64,000 nt of DNA from Thermodesulfovibrionales bacterium (GTDB lineage Bacteria; Nitrospirota; Thermodesulfovibrionia; Thermodesulfovibrionales; UBA6898): the NCBI GenBank assembly GCA_044450345.1, contig JBIOIY010000001.1, forward strand, positions 128,001 through 192,000, read 5' to 3'. The notes under the pieces were generated by a model. It searched no databases. It was not told the origin of the DNA and saw only the letters and a program-made list of their open reading frames with translations. Below, one piece after another: positions 50,169 to 59,915 of the stretch; within the stretch, counting starts at the first letter, position 1, and the number at the start of each line of letters is the position of its first letter. The position numbers and the translations under genes were made by a program.

Positions 50169-51413
50169 CTATGATTCGGCCACATACCGGGTAAGCTCTC
50201 CGAGCATATGAACGTAGTTGCCCATTTCGTTGTCGTACCATCCGTAAATGACAGCCTGGGTCAGCGGTATTCCGATCTCCGTATCCTTTAATTCTTTCAG
50301 CAATTCCTTCTTTATCCCGGTAAGCCTTTCGATATCTACGGTTACTTCTGCAGTGCGGGTGTGCGTCTCGTGCCCCTCAATGATGGCGGCGGCTTTCGGC
50401 ATGGCAATGATATCCCCCGAGACGTTCTGCTCATCCGTGTACACAAGATATCCCTGCGGCATAGCCGCGGCCTGTCTGTATATATCATTGATTACCTCTC
50501 TGTTGATTGATGCCCTGGATTCGTCCTCCTGTATGTTCACTACCAGAATAATCAGGGAGCCTGTCGTGACCGGAACCCGCACTGATTCGGCAATGAGGCC
50601 GATTTGCTTCATCTGCGGGAGGACCAGTGCAAGGGTATTTGCGGCACCCGTTGTCGTGAGTATGATGTTATTCAGTATACTCCTGTTTTTTCTGAGGTCG
50701 GTTGCACCGGCCTTGGCCATCCTGTCCAGGACCTGCTGAGAACCTGTAGCGGCATGCACGGTGGCCATGGACGCGGTTAGAATCCTCTTTGCTCCTATGA
50801 CGTCCAGGAGGGGCTTCATCATATGTGCCAGGCAGGTTGTAGTACAGGAAGCAGCGGAGATTATTCTGTGCCGCGCCGGGTCATAATCGTGCTCATTTAT
50901 GCCCTTAACACAGGTAACCGCGTCATCGGGCATTGCCTTCGTCTTGTCTTTTATCTTAAACGGCGCCGATGCGATTACCCTGCGGGCCCCTGCCTCAAGG
51001 TGTCCCCTAATCGCCCCTTTCGGCGCGTCCGCGGACAGCGTGGGATCAAGGAACTCGCCGGTAGTATCGACTACCAATTCTACACTATGATTTTTCCATT
51101 CGACTTCCCTCGGGTCACGGGCCTTTTTGAGAAAGGTTATCTTCATGCCGTCTATGGTCATTGTTCCTGCGGAATCATTCACCTCTTGAATAACATCCCC
51201 GGACTGACACCCGTGAAGGTACATCGGCAGGGACCCGTACGTTGAGTCCCTTACAATATAATGGACGAGGTCGGCCAGAGACTTTCCGACCTCCCGACCG
51301 GTATTGACGACTATCTCCCGGAAATATTTTTTTGATACATGATGCCATAAGGTTAATTTTCCTATACGTCCGAAGCCGTTTATCCCAAGCTTCATATCGG
51401 TACCTTTTCCCAT
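50169..51413 (-). CDS. Atypical long glyceraldehyde-3-phosphate dehydrogenase
   Basis: GINGFGRIG, DSTYG, ASCTTTC, RVP, WYDNE; several insertions (414 aa). Confidence 0.88.
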   Translation of the reverse strand: MGKGTDMKLGINGFGRIGKLTLWHHVSKKYFREIVVNTGREVGKSLADLVHYIVRDSTYGSLPMYLHGCQSGDVIQEVNDSAGTMTIDGMKITFLKKARDPREVEWKNHSVELVVDTTGEFLDPTLSADAPKGAIRGHLEAGARRVIASAPFKIKDKTKAMPDDAVTCVKGINEHDYDPARHRIISAASCTTTCLAHMMKPLLDVIGAKRILTASMATVHAATGSQQVLDRMAKAGATDLRKNRSILNNIILTTTGAANTLALVLPQMKQIGLIAESVRVPVTTGSLIILVVNIQEDESRASINREVINDIYRQAAAMPQGYLVYTDEQNVSGDIIAMPKAAAIIEGHETHTRTAEVTVDIERLTGIKKELLKELKDTEIGIPLTQAVIYGWYDNEMGNYVHMLGELTRYVAES

Positions 51414-51414
51414 T

Positions 51415-54400
51415 TTATTTGCTCCCCTTCCCGCTTATTTTCATTTTTCCGAGATATATGGACCCTTCTGATCCGTCAATACTGATAAACTCGCCCGTAT
51501 GAACGACCCGGCTGTGTAAAACAAATTTCTTGTCCTTTTCCATACAGACAAGGTCCCTGCACCCCACCACACATACTTTGTCAAGCCTGTTGGCAACGAT
51601 GGCCGCATGTGATGTGGCCCCGCCGCGCGCAGTGAAAAGACCGTCTGCTGCTGAAATTTCCTTTATATCGTCGGGCACGGTATCTCCGCGCACCAGGATC
51701 AGGGAGGAGCCGGGATCGACCTCTTTCCAGTGAGTTATATCCTCGAGGCTGAAGACCACCCTGCCTGACAATGCACCTCCGCTCACCCCAATGCCGTGTC
51801 CGAGAAATTTCTCCGACATCTCGAAAGCGTTTTCAAACGACGGTATCCATTTCCTCTCCCTCATCTCCATATTCCTTGCCTGCAGAAGATAAAGGTCTTT
51901 CTTGCGCGGTCCCTCAAAAGTGAATTCAATATCCTGAGGACCCCACTGCCTATCATAGATCAGCACCTTGACGACTTTTCTGAGCGCCTGATAGACTTCA
52001 GGGAACTTGTTTTCGAGGGCCGCCTCCGCGGGCCTGTTTTCCATCTCCGCCTGATAGATTGAAACAGGGAGGGTCGTAACAAGGCCGGAAACAACGTCCT
52101 CTCCCTGATTGCCGATCGTATAGTCGCCCCAGGGTCTCAGTAATTCAGGCGAAAATTTAGGGTTGTGGGTAAACAGCACGCCCGCACCGGACTGTTGAGA
52201 AAGATTGCCGAAGACCATAGACTGCACGGTGACCGCCGTGCCCCAGTCGTCGGAGATACCTATTATTTTTCTGTATGTCTTTGCCTTTGCGGAGTTCCAG
52301 GAATTCAGCACGCGCTGGATGACTATGTATAACTGTTCCCGGGGAGACTCCTCAACTTCGATGCCGTTTGACAGGACAAATTCCCTGTAAGCCATGGACA
52401 CCTCTTTCATCTGCAGGGCTGTAAAGTCCTTCTTATAGGGGACGCCGTATTTCTTCTTGAGTTCATCTATTATGCCGTCGAATGTATCACGCATGAGGCC
52501 GAAGGACATGCCATAGGACTGTAAAAATCTGCGGTAACAGTCCCAGACAAACCATCCATCCGCAGTCTGTCTGATCATGCCGTCGACTATGGACTCATTC
52601 ATTCCTACATTCAGATATGAATCCATCATCCCCGGCTGTGATATCGGCGCACCGCTTCTCACGGAAACGAGCAGCGCGTTCTCAGGGGCGCCGAATGTTT
52701 TTCCCGTGAGTTTTTCGAGATTTGCAATTTCCCTGTCTATCTGCGCTCTGAAATCTTTTTTGGCAGGCGGATAAGCGTCTATTAGTTCCCTGCATCGGAA
52801 TACCTCCGTAGTGATGATAAAACCCGGAGGAACCGGCAGGCCCAGCTTTTTCATCTTCGCGATGTTGAGTCCTTTATTCCCCAACTGGACAAGATCAACC
52901 AGACTTTCATCAGGCGCAGTAATTGAGGTTATAATATTCCGGGGGTTATACGTCAGGAGCAAATAATGTTTATCGAAGGGGAACCCCCCAGCCTGTTCGT
53001 GAAGTGTGTTTGAGATGCGTGTCAGGAAAAGGTCAAGTCTCTGTATGCCCAGCGAAGACGCTATCGTATCTCTTAAGAATATCTCGGCAACCTTTTGAAA
53101 CAACTCTTCGCGGTTATCAGATTCATGGAGATATTTCGGGAGGAGTTTCTCTGCGGGCAGCGTAATCGAGATTTCCCTCAGGTTTTCCTGATGGATGTTA
53201 TTGAAATAGTTGCTGACCAGGTTGCGGACGACCTGCGTGAACCCGCGAAAGATATCCATGTACTGGGTGAACGTGACCATCTTTATCTTAAGCGCCTTAT
53301 TGAGTAATTCAAGCTGTTGTTCAAACTCCCTGGCGGGAATACCGTCTATGTTCAATGCCCGGTTGAAGAGCTTCAGGTATTCATATACCCGTTCAAATGT
53401 TTCATGAGTAATAAACCCGAAATCAAAGTCCTCTATCAACTCTTCAAAAAGAGTATTCACGAGAAACTCCAGCCGGAAGGTGAGCCCCAGCGCATCGAAT
53501 TTTGCCTCACTGTAGCTGCCGTACATGGAAGGTATGTCTGCGGCGATATGACGTTTCCGATAGATATCCTCGCGTATATCAAATGCTACGGGCGACAGTA
53601 TGATATCCTTCAACTGCTGGAGGTAATCCAGCAGCCCGGCGATCTTCTTGAAGGTGTCGTTTAAGGAGAGTATATCTGTCAGTCCGTCGAATTTAAATGG
53701 AACGCTCGATTGCGCGTGGGCTATGTAGTCCTTTATCTTGCAGTTGCCGATACAGTATTTCTGGTTCAGGAGTCTATAAAAATTCACGGCCAGTCCGACC
53801 CTCTCAATATCGGGCCTGTATTCTTCAGGAAATTCGCCGGAGAATTCCGCCACGTAGTCAGCCCCAAGCGACAGGAGGTCGGAGATCCCGATAAGGCCCC
53901 TGGCTTGAAAAATGCGGTTTATTATCTTATTGACGCCATCGATGTAAGGGCCACCCGTTTCAATCTGGTCGTATAGGTTCCGAGGCAGATAGGGTCTCAG
54001 CCGTTCTTTGGATTTAGTCTTCCAGAAATCCAGGGTGGCTTCAATAAGCGGTACGATCTTGTTTGAACTCTCCACATGACTCACTTTTCTCAGGAAATGA
54101 ATCAGGACATCCTTGCGCTTGCATATCTCGTCGATCTCCGTAGAGATGTCCCTCAGCAGTCCCTCAGCCCCTATTTCGTTGAAGTAAGCCGGGAACAGCC
54201 GCATGAGCTGTTTTGAAAGATTATACACCGGCCGGATGTCACTGTTTAAGAAACCGGTGATATCCCTCGGGAATAAATCGGTATCCTTAATGAGAACACC
54301 GCTGATTGAAAGATGGACATTAAGAGAAGAGAGAAGTTTCTTGGACCACTTCGGGTTCAGCTTAATCAATTCCATCCAGATGCGGATATTCTGGATATGT

Positions 54401-55605
54401 GCAAGATTGCTCTGGATCTGCCAGTCATTGCTTACTCCCGTAAAGTCGGGCGTCTGAAACCCCAGCCGGATAACCTGTTCGTTGAAAAAATGGACCAGGT
54501 CGCTTTCATCGGTCTTATATACGCCCATCCCCATGTTCAAAACAGACTTAAGCACCGTATCCGGAAATTTGTCTGAGCTCTGCTTCAGAATACCGAAGGT
54601 CTTTTGAATCAACAGTTGCACATGTTGAATGTCTTCATGATAGATCAGCCAGGCTATAGTACGGTTGATCTCTTTGAGCGTTTCCTCGCGAACGTTTGAT
54701 AACCCGGCGATGTTCATCGTATGAAAAAGAAAGATCATTTTGTAATGGTGTTTAAGTTTTTCATCATGAATTGCGTTAAATATCCTCTCTGGCAGGTCCT
54801 GATAGACGCTGACGAACTTCCCGTACCCCGGCAGTTCCAGAAGTTTCTTCAGGGTGTCGGGAGAACCGTTATCATTCCTGCTGACTATGTCCAAAAGGCG
54901 TGTCTGACAGGTCTTTATCTGCACGTGAGAGAGAAATTCGAAGAGGCCGGATATTTCAGCAGGAATAGTGTCGTGGATTTCGCTAGAGAACCATTCACCG
55001 GGATCACTCTCAGAGAGCCAGTAGGAAAAAGTATATTGAAAATAATTAATCAAGACGGAATTAACGCTCCGGAAGTCTGTCTCCATGGGTGCATTCCGAA
55101 GAAAACTCTCGGCAAGCCTGTTCAACTGATAATAGCTCCCGGCGATAAGAGAAAATATCTCAGGGGGGAATCGTGTTACCCGGTCAAAACCATAATCGAT
55201 TGCGGGCAGGAATCGTTTCAGTTCTTCCCCGGACTCCTCGATACATTTCTGGAGGAGGAGAAAGAGGGCATTAAAGGCGTCTGCTTTAACGTCTGTTTCT
55301 TTGGCCTTCTCGATGGCCTCAAGCGCGATTTCAATATAGAGTTTGACTGCATCAGGACCCTTAGGTTCAGTTCTTAAATCGTAGAAATAACCGAGGGAAA
55401 AAGTCCTTGCCTCATGCACGATGAATTGCCAGTTTTTGAAAGGATGGCAAATCTCTTTCAAAAAAATATCCAACGCTTTTTGCAGGCCGAAATACTTGGA
55501 CATTACTTCCTGTATGACGCGATATTTGGGATCAATGTCAACGTCGACACGGTAATCGGCCAAATTTACCTGAAGGGCTTTGGATAATATCGGTTTCACA
55601 TCCAT
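51415..55605 (-). CDS. PPDK-like dikinase: large unknown N-domain + ATP-grasp + phospho-His domain, no pyruvate-binding barrel
   Basis: GNKG..LPVPPGFIITT, VSVRSGA, QGEDVVSG, DIEFT, LLQAR, GGATSHAAIVA, IDG..G near the C-terminus. Confidence 0.88.
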   Translation of the reverse strand: MDVKPILSKALQVNLADYRVDVDIDPKYRVIQEVMSKYFGLQKALDIFLKEICHPFKNWQFIVHEARTFSLGYFYDLRTEPKGPDAVKLYIEIALEAIEKAKETDVKADAFNALFLLLQKCIEESGEELKRFLPAIDYGFDRVTRFPPEIFSLIAGSYYQLNRLAESFLRNAPMETDFRSVNSVLINYFQYTFSYWLSESDPGEWFSSEIHDTIPAEISGLFEFLSHVQIKTCQTRLLDIVSRNDNGSPDTLKKLLELPGYGKFVSVYQDLPERIFNAIHDEKLKHHYKMIFLFHTMNIAGLSNVREETLKEINRTIAWLIYHEDIQHVQLLIQKTFGILKQSSDKFPDTVLKSVLNMGMGVYKTDESDLVHFFNEQVIRLGFQTPDFTGVSNDWQIQSNLAHIQNIRIWMELIKLNPKWSKKLLSSLNVHLSISGVLIKDTDLFPRDITGFLNSDIRPVYNLSKQLMRLFPAYFNEIGAEGLLRDISTEIDEICKRKDVLIHFLRKVSHVESSNKIVPLIEATLDFWKTKSKERLRPYLPRNLYDQIETGGPYIDGVNKIINRIFQARGLIGISDLLSLGADYVAEFSGEFPEEYRPDIERVGLAVNFYRLLNQKYCIGNCKIKDYIAHAQSSVPFKFDGLTDILSLNDTFKKIAGLLDYLQQLKDIILSPVAFDIREDIYRKRHIAADIPSMYGSYSEAKFDALGLTFRLEFLVNTLFEELIEDFDFGFITHETFERVYEYLKLFNRALNIDGIPAREFEQQLELLNKALKIKMVTFTQYMDIFRGFTQVVRNLVSNYFNNIHQENLREISITLPAEKLLPKYLHESDNREELFQKVAEIFLRDTIASSLGIQRLDLFLTRISNTLHEQAGGFPFDKHYLLLTYNPRNIITSITAPDESLVDLVQLGNKGLNIAKMKKLGLPVPPGFIITTEVFRCRELIDAYPPAKKDFRAQIDREIANLEKLTGKTFGAPENALLVSVRSGAPISQPGMMDSYLNVGMNESIVDGMIRQTADGWFVWDCYRRFLQSYGMSFGLMRDTFDGIIDELKKKYGVPYKKDFTALQMKEVSMAYREFVLSNGIEVEESPREQLYIVIQRVLNSWNSAKAKTYRKIIGISDDWGTAVTVQSMVFGNLSQQSGAGVLFTHNPKFSPELLRPWGDYTIGNQGEDVVSGLVTTLPVSIYQAEMENRPAEAALENKFPEVYQALRKVVKVLIYDRQWGPQDIEFTFEGPRKKDLYLLQARNMEMRERKWIPSFENAFEMSEKFLGHGIGVSGGALSGRVVFSLEDITHWKEVDPGSSLILVRGDTVPDDIKEISAADGLFTARGGATSHAAIVANRLDKVCVVGCRDLVCMEKDKKFVLHSRVVHTGEFISIDGSEGSIYLGKMKISGKGSK

Positions 55606-55698
55606 GCTTTATTTTATCATGATCCTGTCTCATCCTTAATCATATTTATTTGAAGTTCCTGAGTTTCAACCTAACTCGAATATGCTCTATTTTCCTCA

Positions 55699-55789
55699 TT
55701 AAACAATAACTTGGCTTGGAGCTACTTATTCGGGCAGGCATAAATAAGAACGAGAGCTTATACTAAAAAGAGTTTTGTTGAAAGGGACG
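55699..55789. repeat. Diverged direct repeat, copy 2
   Basis: See 49973-50063. Confidence 0.7.
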
Positions 55790-55878
55790 CGTGAAGAACA
55801 CCGCCCCCTTCGAGAAGCAACTCGCAGGTCATTCTTGCTGCCGCTTTGAGGTGATATCTCGTCGGCCGATGCTTCGGT

Positions 55879-56181
55879 TTATCCCGGCAGCTTGGCTGCG
55901 AGGACTTCTGCCTTTTCGATAACAGGCGGCTGCGCCAGCAGTTCGGAGGCCTTTGCCATCAGCGCAGCGGCAACACGGCCGGAGAGGTGGGCCTGACGGC
56001 CGGCCTCGTCGGGGAAGGCATCGAAGATACCGAAGGTCGACGGCCCGAGGCGGAGCGCAAACCAGGCGATCGTGCCGGGCTCCTCCATGACCACCGCAAG
56101 ACCCCCGCGAAGAAAGTCCTCCACTTCAGCCTCCTTTCCTGGTTTTGCATCCAGTCTGACAAACAGTGCTGTCTTAACCAT
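55879..56181 (-). CDS. Antibiotic biosynthesis monooxygenase (ABM) domain protein
   Basis: LDAKPGKE, EPGT.AWFA, FGIFDAF.DEAGRQAHL.G; AAGGAGG ribosome-binding site. Confidence 0.88.
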   Translation of the reverse strand: MVKTALFVRLDAKPGKEAEVEDFLRGGLAVVMEEPGTIAWFALRLGPSTFGIFDAFPDEAGRQAHLSGRVAAALMAKASELLAQPPVIEKAEVLAAKLPG

Positions 56182-56333
56182 GACTTCCTCCTTTGTTTAT
56201 CATGAACCGTTGCGAGTGCCGGAATGAACATATGCCTTAAACGCGGCCCTGTTCATACCTGTACTCGTTAAGGAAAGATTAGCACGGAAATATGCCCTTG
56301 CCTATCCAGAGTCTTTTTCAGCCCCCGGGTAAC

Positions 56334-56362
56334 AAAAAGGGGCTGTCCATGACAGCCCCTTT
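56334..56362 (-). terminator. Intrinsic terminator after the IPTL-CTERM gene
   Basis: AAAGGGGCTGTC-cat-GACAGCCCCTTT with a T-tract on the minus strand. Confidence 0.75.
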
Positions 56363-56389
56363 AGTGCTTTTTTTAATTACAGAAGAATT

Positions 56390-57553
56390 CTATCCTCTGG
56401 ACTTTTGTCTCCTGAAGTAATAAAGTGAGCCAAGTCCTGATAGAATAACAAATATGATCATGCCCCATTGGCCCATAGCCGGTATCGATACCGGCTTAGG
56501 TGGCTCGACACTGAAATTGGCCACCCGCGACTTGTCAGTTACGCTCATGCAGGCCAGGGCATTGGGATTTGTCAGGTTCGCGAGTTCGGCGGACTTCGCC
56601 GCGGCAGCCGCCTTTGAGGGCTGGCCTGTCGCAAAATTCATGATGATCTTGGTCTCGCCGGGTGCAAGAGTGAAGGTGTATCCCCAGTAAGGGCGGTCAC
56701 TGCCGTTGGCGAAATGAATGCCGGCAAGTCCCACAGAGGCGCCGGTGCTCTGGAGCACATGTCCAAGGCGTGGATCAGTTGATGTGGTGGCGGGACTTAC
56801 AAAGTTCTGCATAGTGGTGACCCATGTGTCGGTGACTTCAGCGGTATTATTGCCGCTTGAGGTGCCGGTAATGATCGTATTGGAGTCGGACCCCAGGTTA
56901 TTAGCCGTAATAAGCGTGACCGTCTGGGGCGTGACGCCGGTGTTTGTTACTATGTTCTGCCAGCGGGCAAAGGAGTCGTTGTCCGGCACAAAGACCTTCC
57001 TCGATACGGTGAGGTTCCCGATCGTCTGCGGGTTGAATATGATCTGCCGGTTATTGGCGCATGTCTGATCAACAGTCGATGCGCCATTTTTGTTGTAGAA
57101 GATAAAATTGGCGTTGCCGGTGGCACATTGCGCTACTGTGTTGTTGAGGCTGAGACAGATTGTGTTGTAGCCGTCAAAGGCATCGTTCAGCGTTGCGGAT
57201 ACATGCCCTCCGTTCGCTGTGGTTGCGGACACCGGAGCTACATACGATGCCTCCATCATGGCGCCTGAAGCCGACGATGTGGTATTGAAAGTAATGTTGT
57301 CGTTAATGAACCACTTCAGGCCTGATCCGTCGATGAGCGTTTTCGATCCCGTTGCCTTAGGTGGAATGCCCACATTCCCTCCCTGGTCCTTCATCTGTTT
57401 GGCGTAGGACTTCCTGTCGGTGAGCGAAACATCAGCAAACGCACTGGTTGCGATTACCAAGGCCAGCACCATAAAGACACCGAATCCGGGGACCATTCCG
57501 GCAAGTCTCAGTCTGATGTTACTTCCCCCTTTTACGAGATACTCTAATCTCAC
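56390..57553 (-). CDS. Secreted surface protein with an IPTL-CTERM-type sorting signal
   Basis: Signal peptide, Thr/Asn/Ser-rich body, C-terminal SIPAMGQWG + TM helix + RRQKSRG. Confidence 0.85.
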   Translation of the reverse strand: MRLEYLVKGGSNIRLRLAGMVPGFGVFMVLALVIATSAFADVSLTDRKSYAKQMKDQGGNVGIPPKATGSKTLIDGSGLKWFINDNITFNTTSSASGAMMEASYVAPVSATTANGGHVSATLNDAFDGYNTICLSLNNTVAQCATGNANFIFYNKNGASTVDQTCANNRQIIFNPQTIGNLTVSRKVFVPDNDSFARWQNIVTNTGVTPQTVTLITANNLGSDSNTIITGTSSGNNTAEVTDTWVTTMQNFVSPATTSTDPRLGHVLQSTGASVGLAGIHFANGSDRPYWGYTFTLAPGETKIIMNFATGQPSKAAAAAKSAELANLTNPNALACMSVTDKSRVANFSVEPPKPVSIPAMGQWGMIIFVILSGLGSLYYFRRQKSRG

Positions 57554-57611
57554 AAATAAGCCCTCCTTTTCAAGGATATTTAGGAATTTTAGCTTCTCAG
57601 TAATTTTAGAA

Positions 57612-57640
57612 ATTCTATGCTAAACAGCTGCTCCTGTCAA
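57612..57640 (-). promoter_or_regulatory. Sigma70 promoter for the IPTL-CTERM gene
   Basis: TTGACA-N17-TAGAAT. Confidence 0.65.
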
Positions 57641-57695
57641 GTACTCTTTTGGTCTCTTTTGCCTCTTTTCTGCTATAGTTTTGCTATAGTATAAA

Positions 57696-59912
57696 ATGGA
57701 TTTAATGAATTCCCCGCAGGCCGAACAAGTACTGTTGCGCAAAAGGTTCTTCTCCCGGGGCCTGCTCTTTTTCACCGCCTCCATGTTTTTTTTCCTGATT
57801 GCTGTTTTTTTTGTAAAACTGCCTCCAATGGCCCATCCAAACGTCCTCCTGATCACAATCGACACGCTCAGGGCAGATCGTCTGGGCTGTTACGGCTTCC
57901 CTTTTGCGAGGACTCCGAACATCGATGCCGTTGCGCGGGAAGGGGTCCGTTACAGCGATGCTATTGCCGTCGCGCCTATCACCCTGCCTTCCCATACATC
58001 GATACTCACCGGCATGAACCCTCCTGCACACGGTGTTCGCGACAATGGGACCTACCGGGTCGGCGACGATACCGTGACCCTGGCAGACCGCCTGAAGTCG
58101 GCAGGATACACTACGCACGCCTTTGTATCGGCGGCCGTATTGAACCGCAGGTACAACCTCTCCAAGGGGTTCGAGGACTACGACGACAACCTATGGGGTG
58201 AAGACAATCCGAAGTTGTTCATGATCCGCGAACGGCGGGCGAACAAGACTATCGACAGTGTTCTCACCTGGTTTGGCCGCTGGCGCTCCTCCAGGGACCG
58301 CAAGCCCTTTTTCACCTGGGTGCATCTCTTCGACCCTCACCAGCCCTACCGACCGCCCTCCTGGGCGCGTGCCTTGACGCCCTCCCCCTACGATGGGGAG
58401 ATTGCCTTCGCAGACCGGGAGCTTGGCAGGCTGTTCAGCGCATTGCGCCAAAGCGGGGTCATGGACAACACTATCGTCGTTATCACGGCAGACCATGGAG
58501 AGAGTCTCGGCGACCACAATGAAAAGACGCATGCGATCTTTATCTATGACGCCACGGTCCATGTCCCGCTGATCATCCGTTTTCCACGCCTCCTGCCGAC
58601 AGGGTCGGTGTACCGCGGACCGGTGCGCTCGATCGACATCGTGCCGACGCTGCTGTCGATCCTTGGGGTCAAAGGGGCCGAAGAGACCCAAGGGGTCAAC
58701 CTGGTGCCGGCCACACTCGGGAAGATACGGCCTCCCGACCTTCCCCAGTACTCGGAGTCGCGCCTTTCCGAGCTCGGATTCGGCATGGCCCCTCTTTACG
58801 GTCTGCGCAAGGGTGGTCATAAATGGATCAGGGCGCCGAAGCCGGAGGTATACGACCTCAAGGCTGACCCGCAGGAGCTTGTCAATATATACGACGGGAA
58901 CAAGACGCTGGCCGCGGAGCTCGACGAAGAACTCGGACGCATCATGGAGAAGGGATACAAGGGGCCGGTGTCAGACGCCGACAACCCCATGAACCGTGAG
59001 ACCCTCGATATGCTCCAGAGCCTGGGGTATCTCGCCTCTTCGGAAGAACGCCGGAGCATGTCCGGGATGGACCCAAAGGATGGGATCGCCATTTACAACC
59101 AGCTTGAGGAGGCGCGTCATCTGGCCCAGCATGACCGGCTGGAGGAATCGGAGGCGCAATTAAACGATATCCTTCGGTCTCTCCCAAAGCATGTTTCGGC
59201 GAGGAACATTTTAGGCTTTGTCCTGATGAAGCAGAACCGGCCGGCGGAGGCGCGTAGTCATTACCTTCAGTCGCTCAGGGACGATCCCAAGCAGGCCCGT
59301 GTTCATGTGATGCTCGGGTATCTCGCCCTTTCAGAAGGCAACTTCGCGGAGGCCGAGCGGCGCATGCGGGAAGCGCTTGCAATATCGCCGCAATTTGTCG
59401 AGGCGGCAAGCGGCATGGGTTTTATAGAGGACATTCAGGGGAATGCGGCATCCGCTCTCAGCTGGTATGAAAAGGCCATCGCCATGGACCCGTACTACCC
59501 CCTAGTGTACCGGCGGATCGCTGATTTCCATTACGATCGGAAAGATTTCAGCAAGGCGCTCCGCTACTATGAGAAAAGCCTAGAGCGTCTGCCCGGCGAT
59601 TTCAGGTCCCTGATCCAGGCCGGCAACAGCGCTCGCCGGCTGAGCGATATGCAGAAGGGCAGACAGTATTATGAAAGGTCCGCCAAACTCCGGCCTGACT
59701 CGTGGATCCCGCTTTACAACATGGCATGTCTGAAATCACTCAACGGAGATGTAGACGGCGCCCTTGTTGAGCTGCGCGAGGCTGTCGGCAAAGGCCTCCC
59801 TTCAAAGGACCTGCTGAGGACGGACGGCGATCTTAAGAATGTTCGCAATAACCGCGGGTTCGGCGCAATTGTTGCGGCGGTCCGCCCAGGCGGCGGGGAT
59901 GACCCCGAATAA
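57696..59912 (+). CDS. Sulfatase-like hydrolase/transferase with C-terminal TPR repeats
   Basis: PNVLLITIDTLRAD, TPNID, TLPSH..ILTG, FDPH, ADHGE, HVPLII, LQSLGY, then TPRs. Confidence 0.88.
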   Translation: MDLMNSPQAEQVLLRKRFFSRGLLFFTASMFFFLIAVFFVKLPPMAHPNVLLITIDTLRADRLGCYGFPFARTPNIDAVAREGVRYSDAIAVAPITLPSHTSILTGMNPPAHGVRDNGTYRVGDDTVTLADRLKSAGYTTHAFVSAAVLNRRYNLSKGFEDYDDNLWGEDNPKLFMIRERRANKTIDSVLTWFGRWRSSRDRKPFFTWVHLFDPHQPYRPPSWARALTPSPYDGEIAFADRELGRLFSALRQSGVMDNTIVVITADHGESLGDHNEKTHAIFIYDATVHVPLIIRFPRLLPTGSVYRGPVRSIDIVPTLLSILGVKGAEETQGVNLVPATLGKIRPPDLPQYSESRLSELGFGMAPLYGLRKGGHKWIRAPKPEVYDLKADPQELVNIYDGNKTLAAELDEELGRIMEKGYKGPVSDADNPMNRETLDMLQSLGYLASSEERRSMSGMDPKDGIAIYNQLEEARHLAQHDRLEESEAQLNDILRSLPKHVSARNILGFVLMKQNRPAEARSHYLQSLRDDPKQARVHVMLGYLALSEGNFAEAERRMREALAISPQFVEAASGMGFIEDIQGNAASALSWYEKAIAMDPYYPLVYRRIADFHYDRKDFSKALRYYEKSLERLPGDFRSLIQAGNSARRLSDMQKGRQYYERSAKLRPDSWIPLYNMACLKSLNGDVDGALVELREAVGKGLPSKDLLRTDGDLKNVRNNRGFGAIVAAVRPGGGDDPE

Positions 59913-59915
59913 CCC

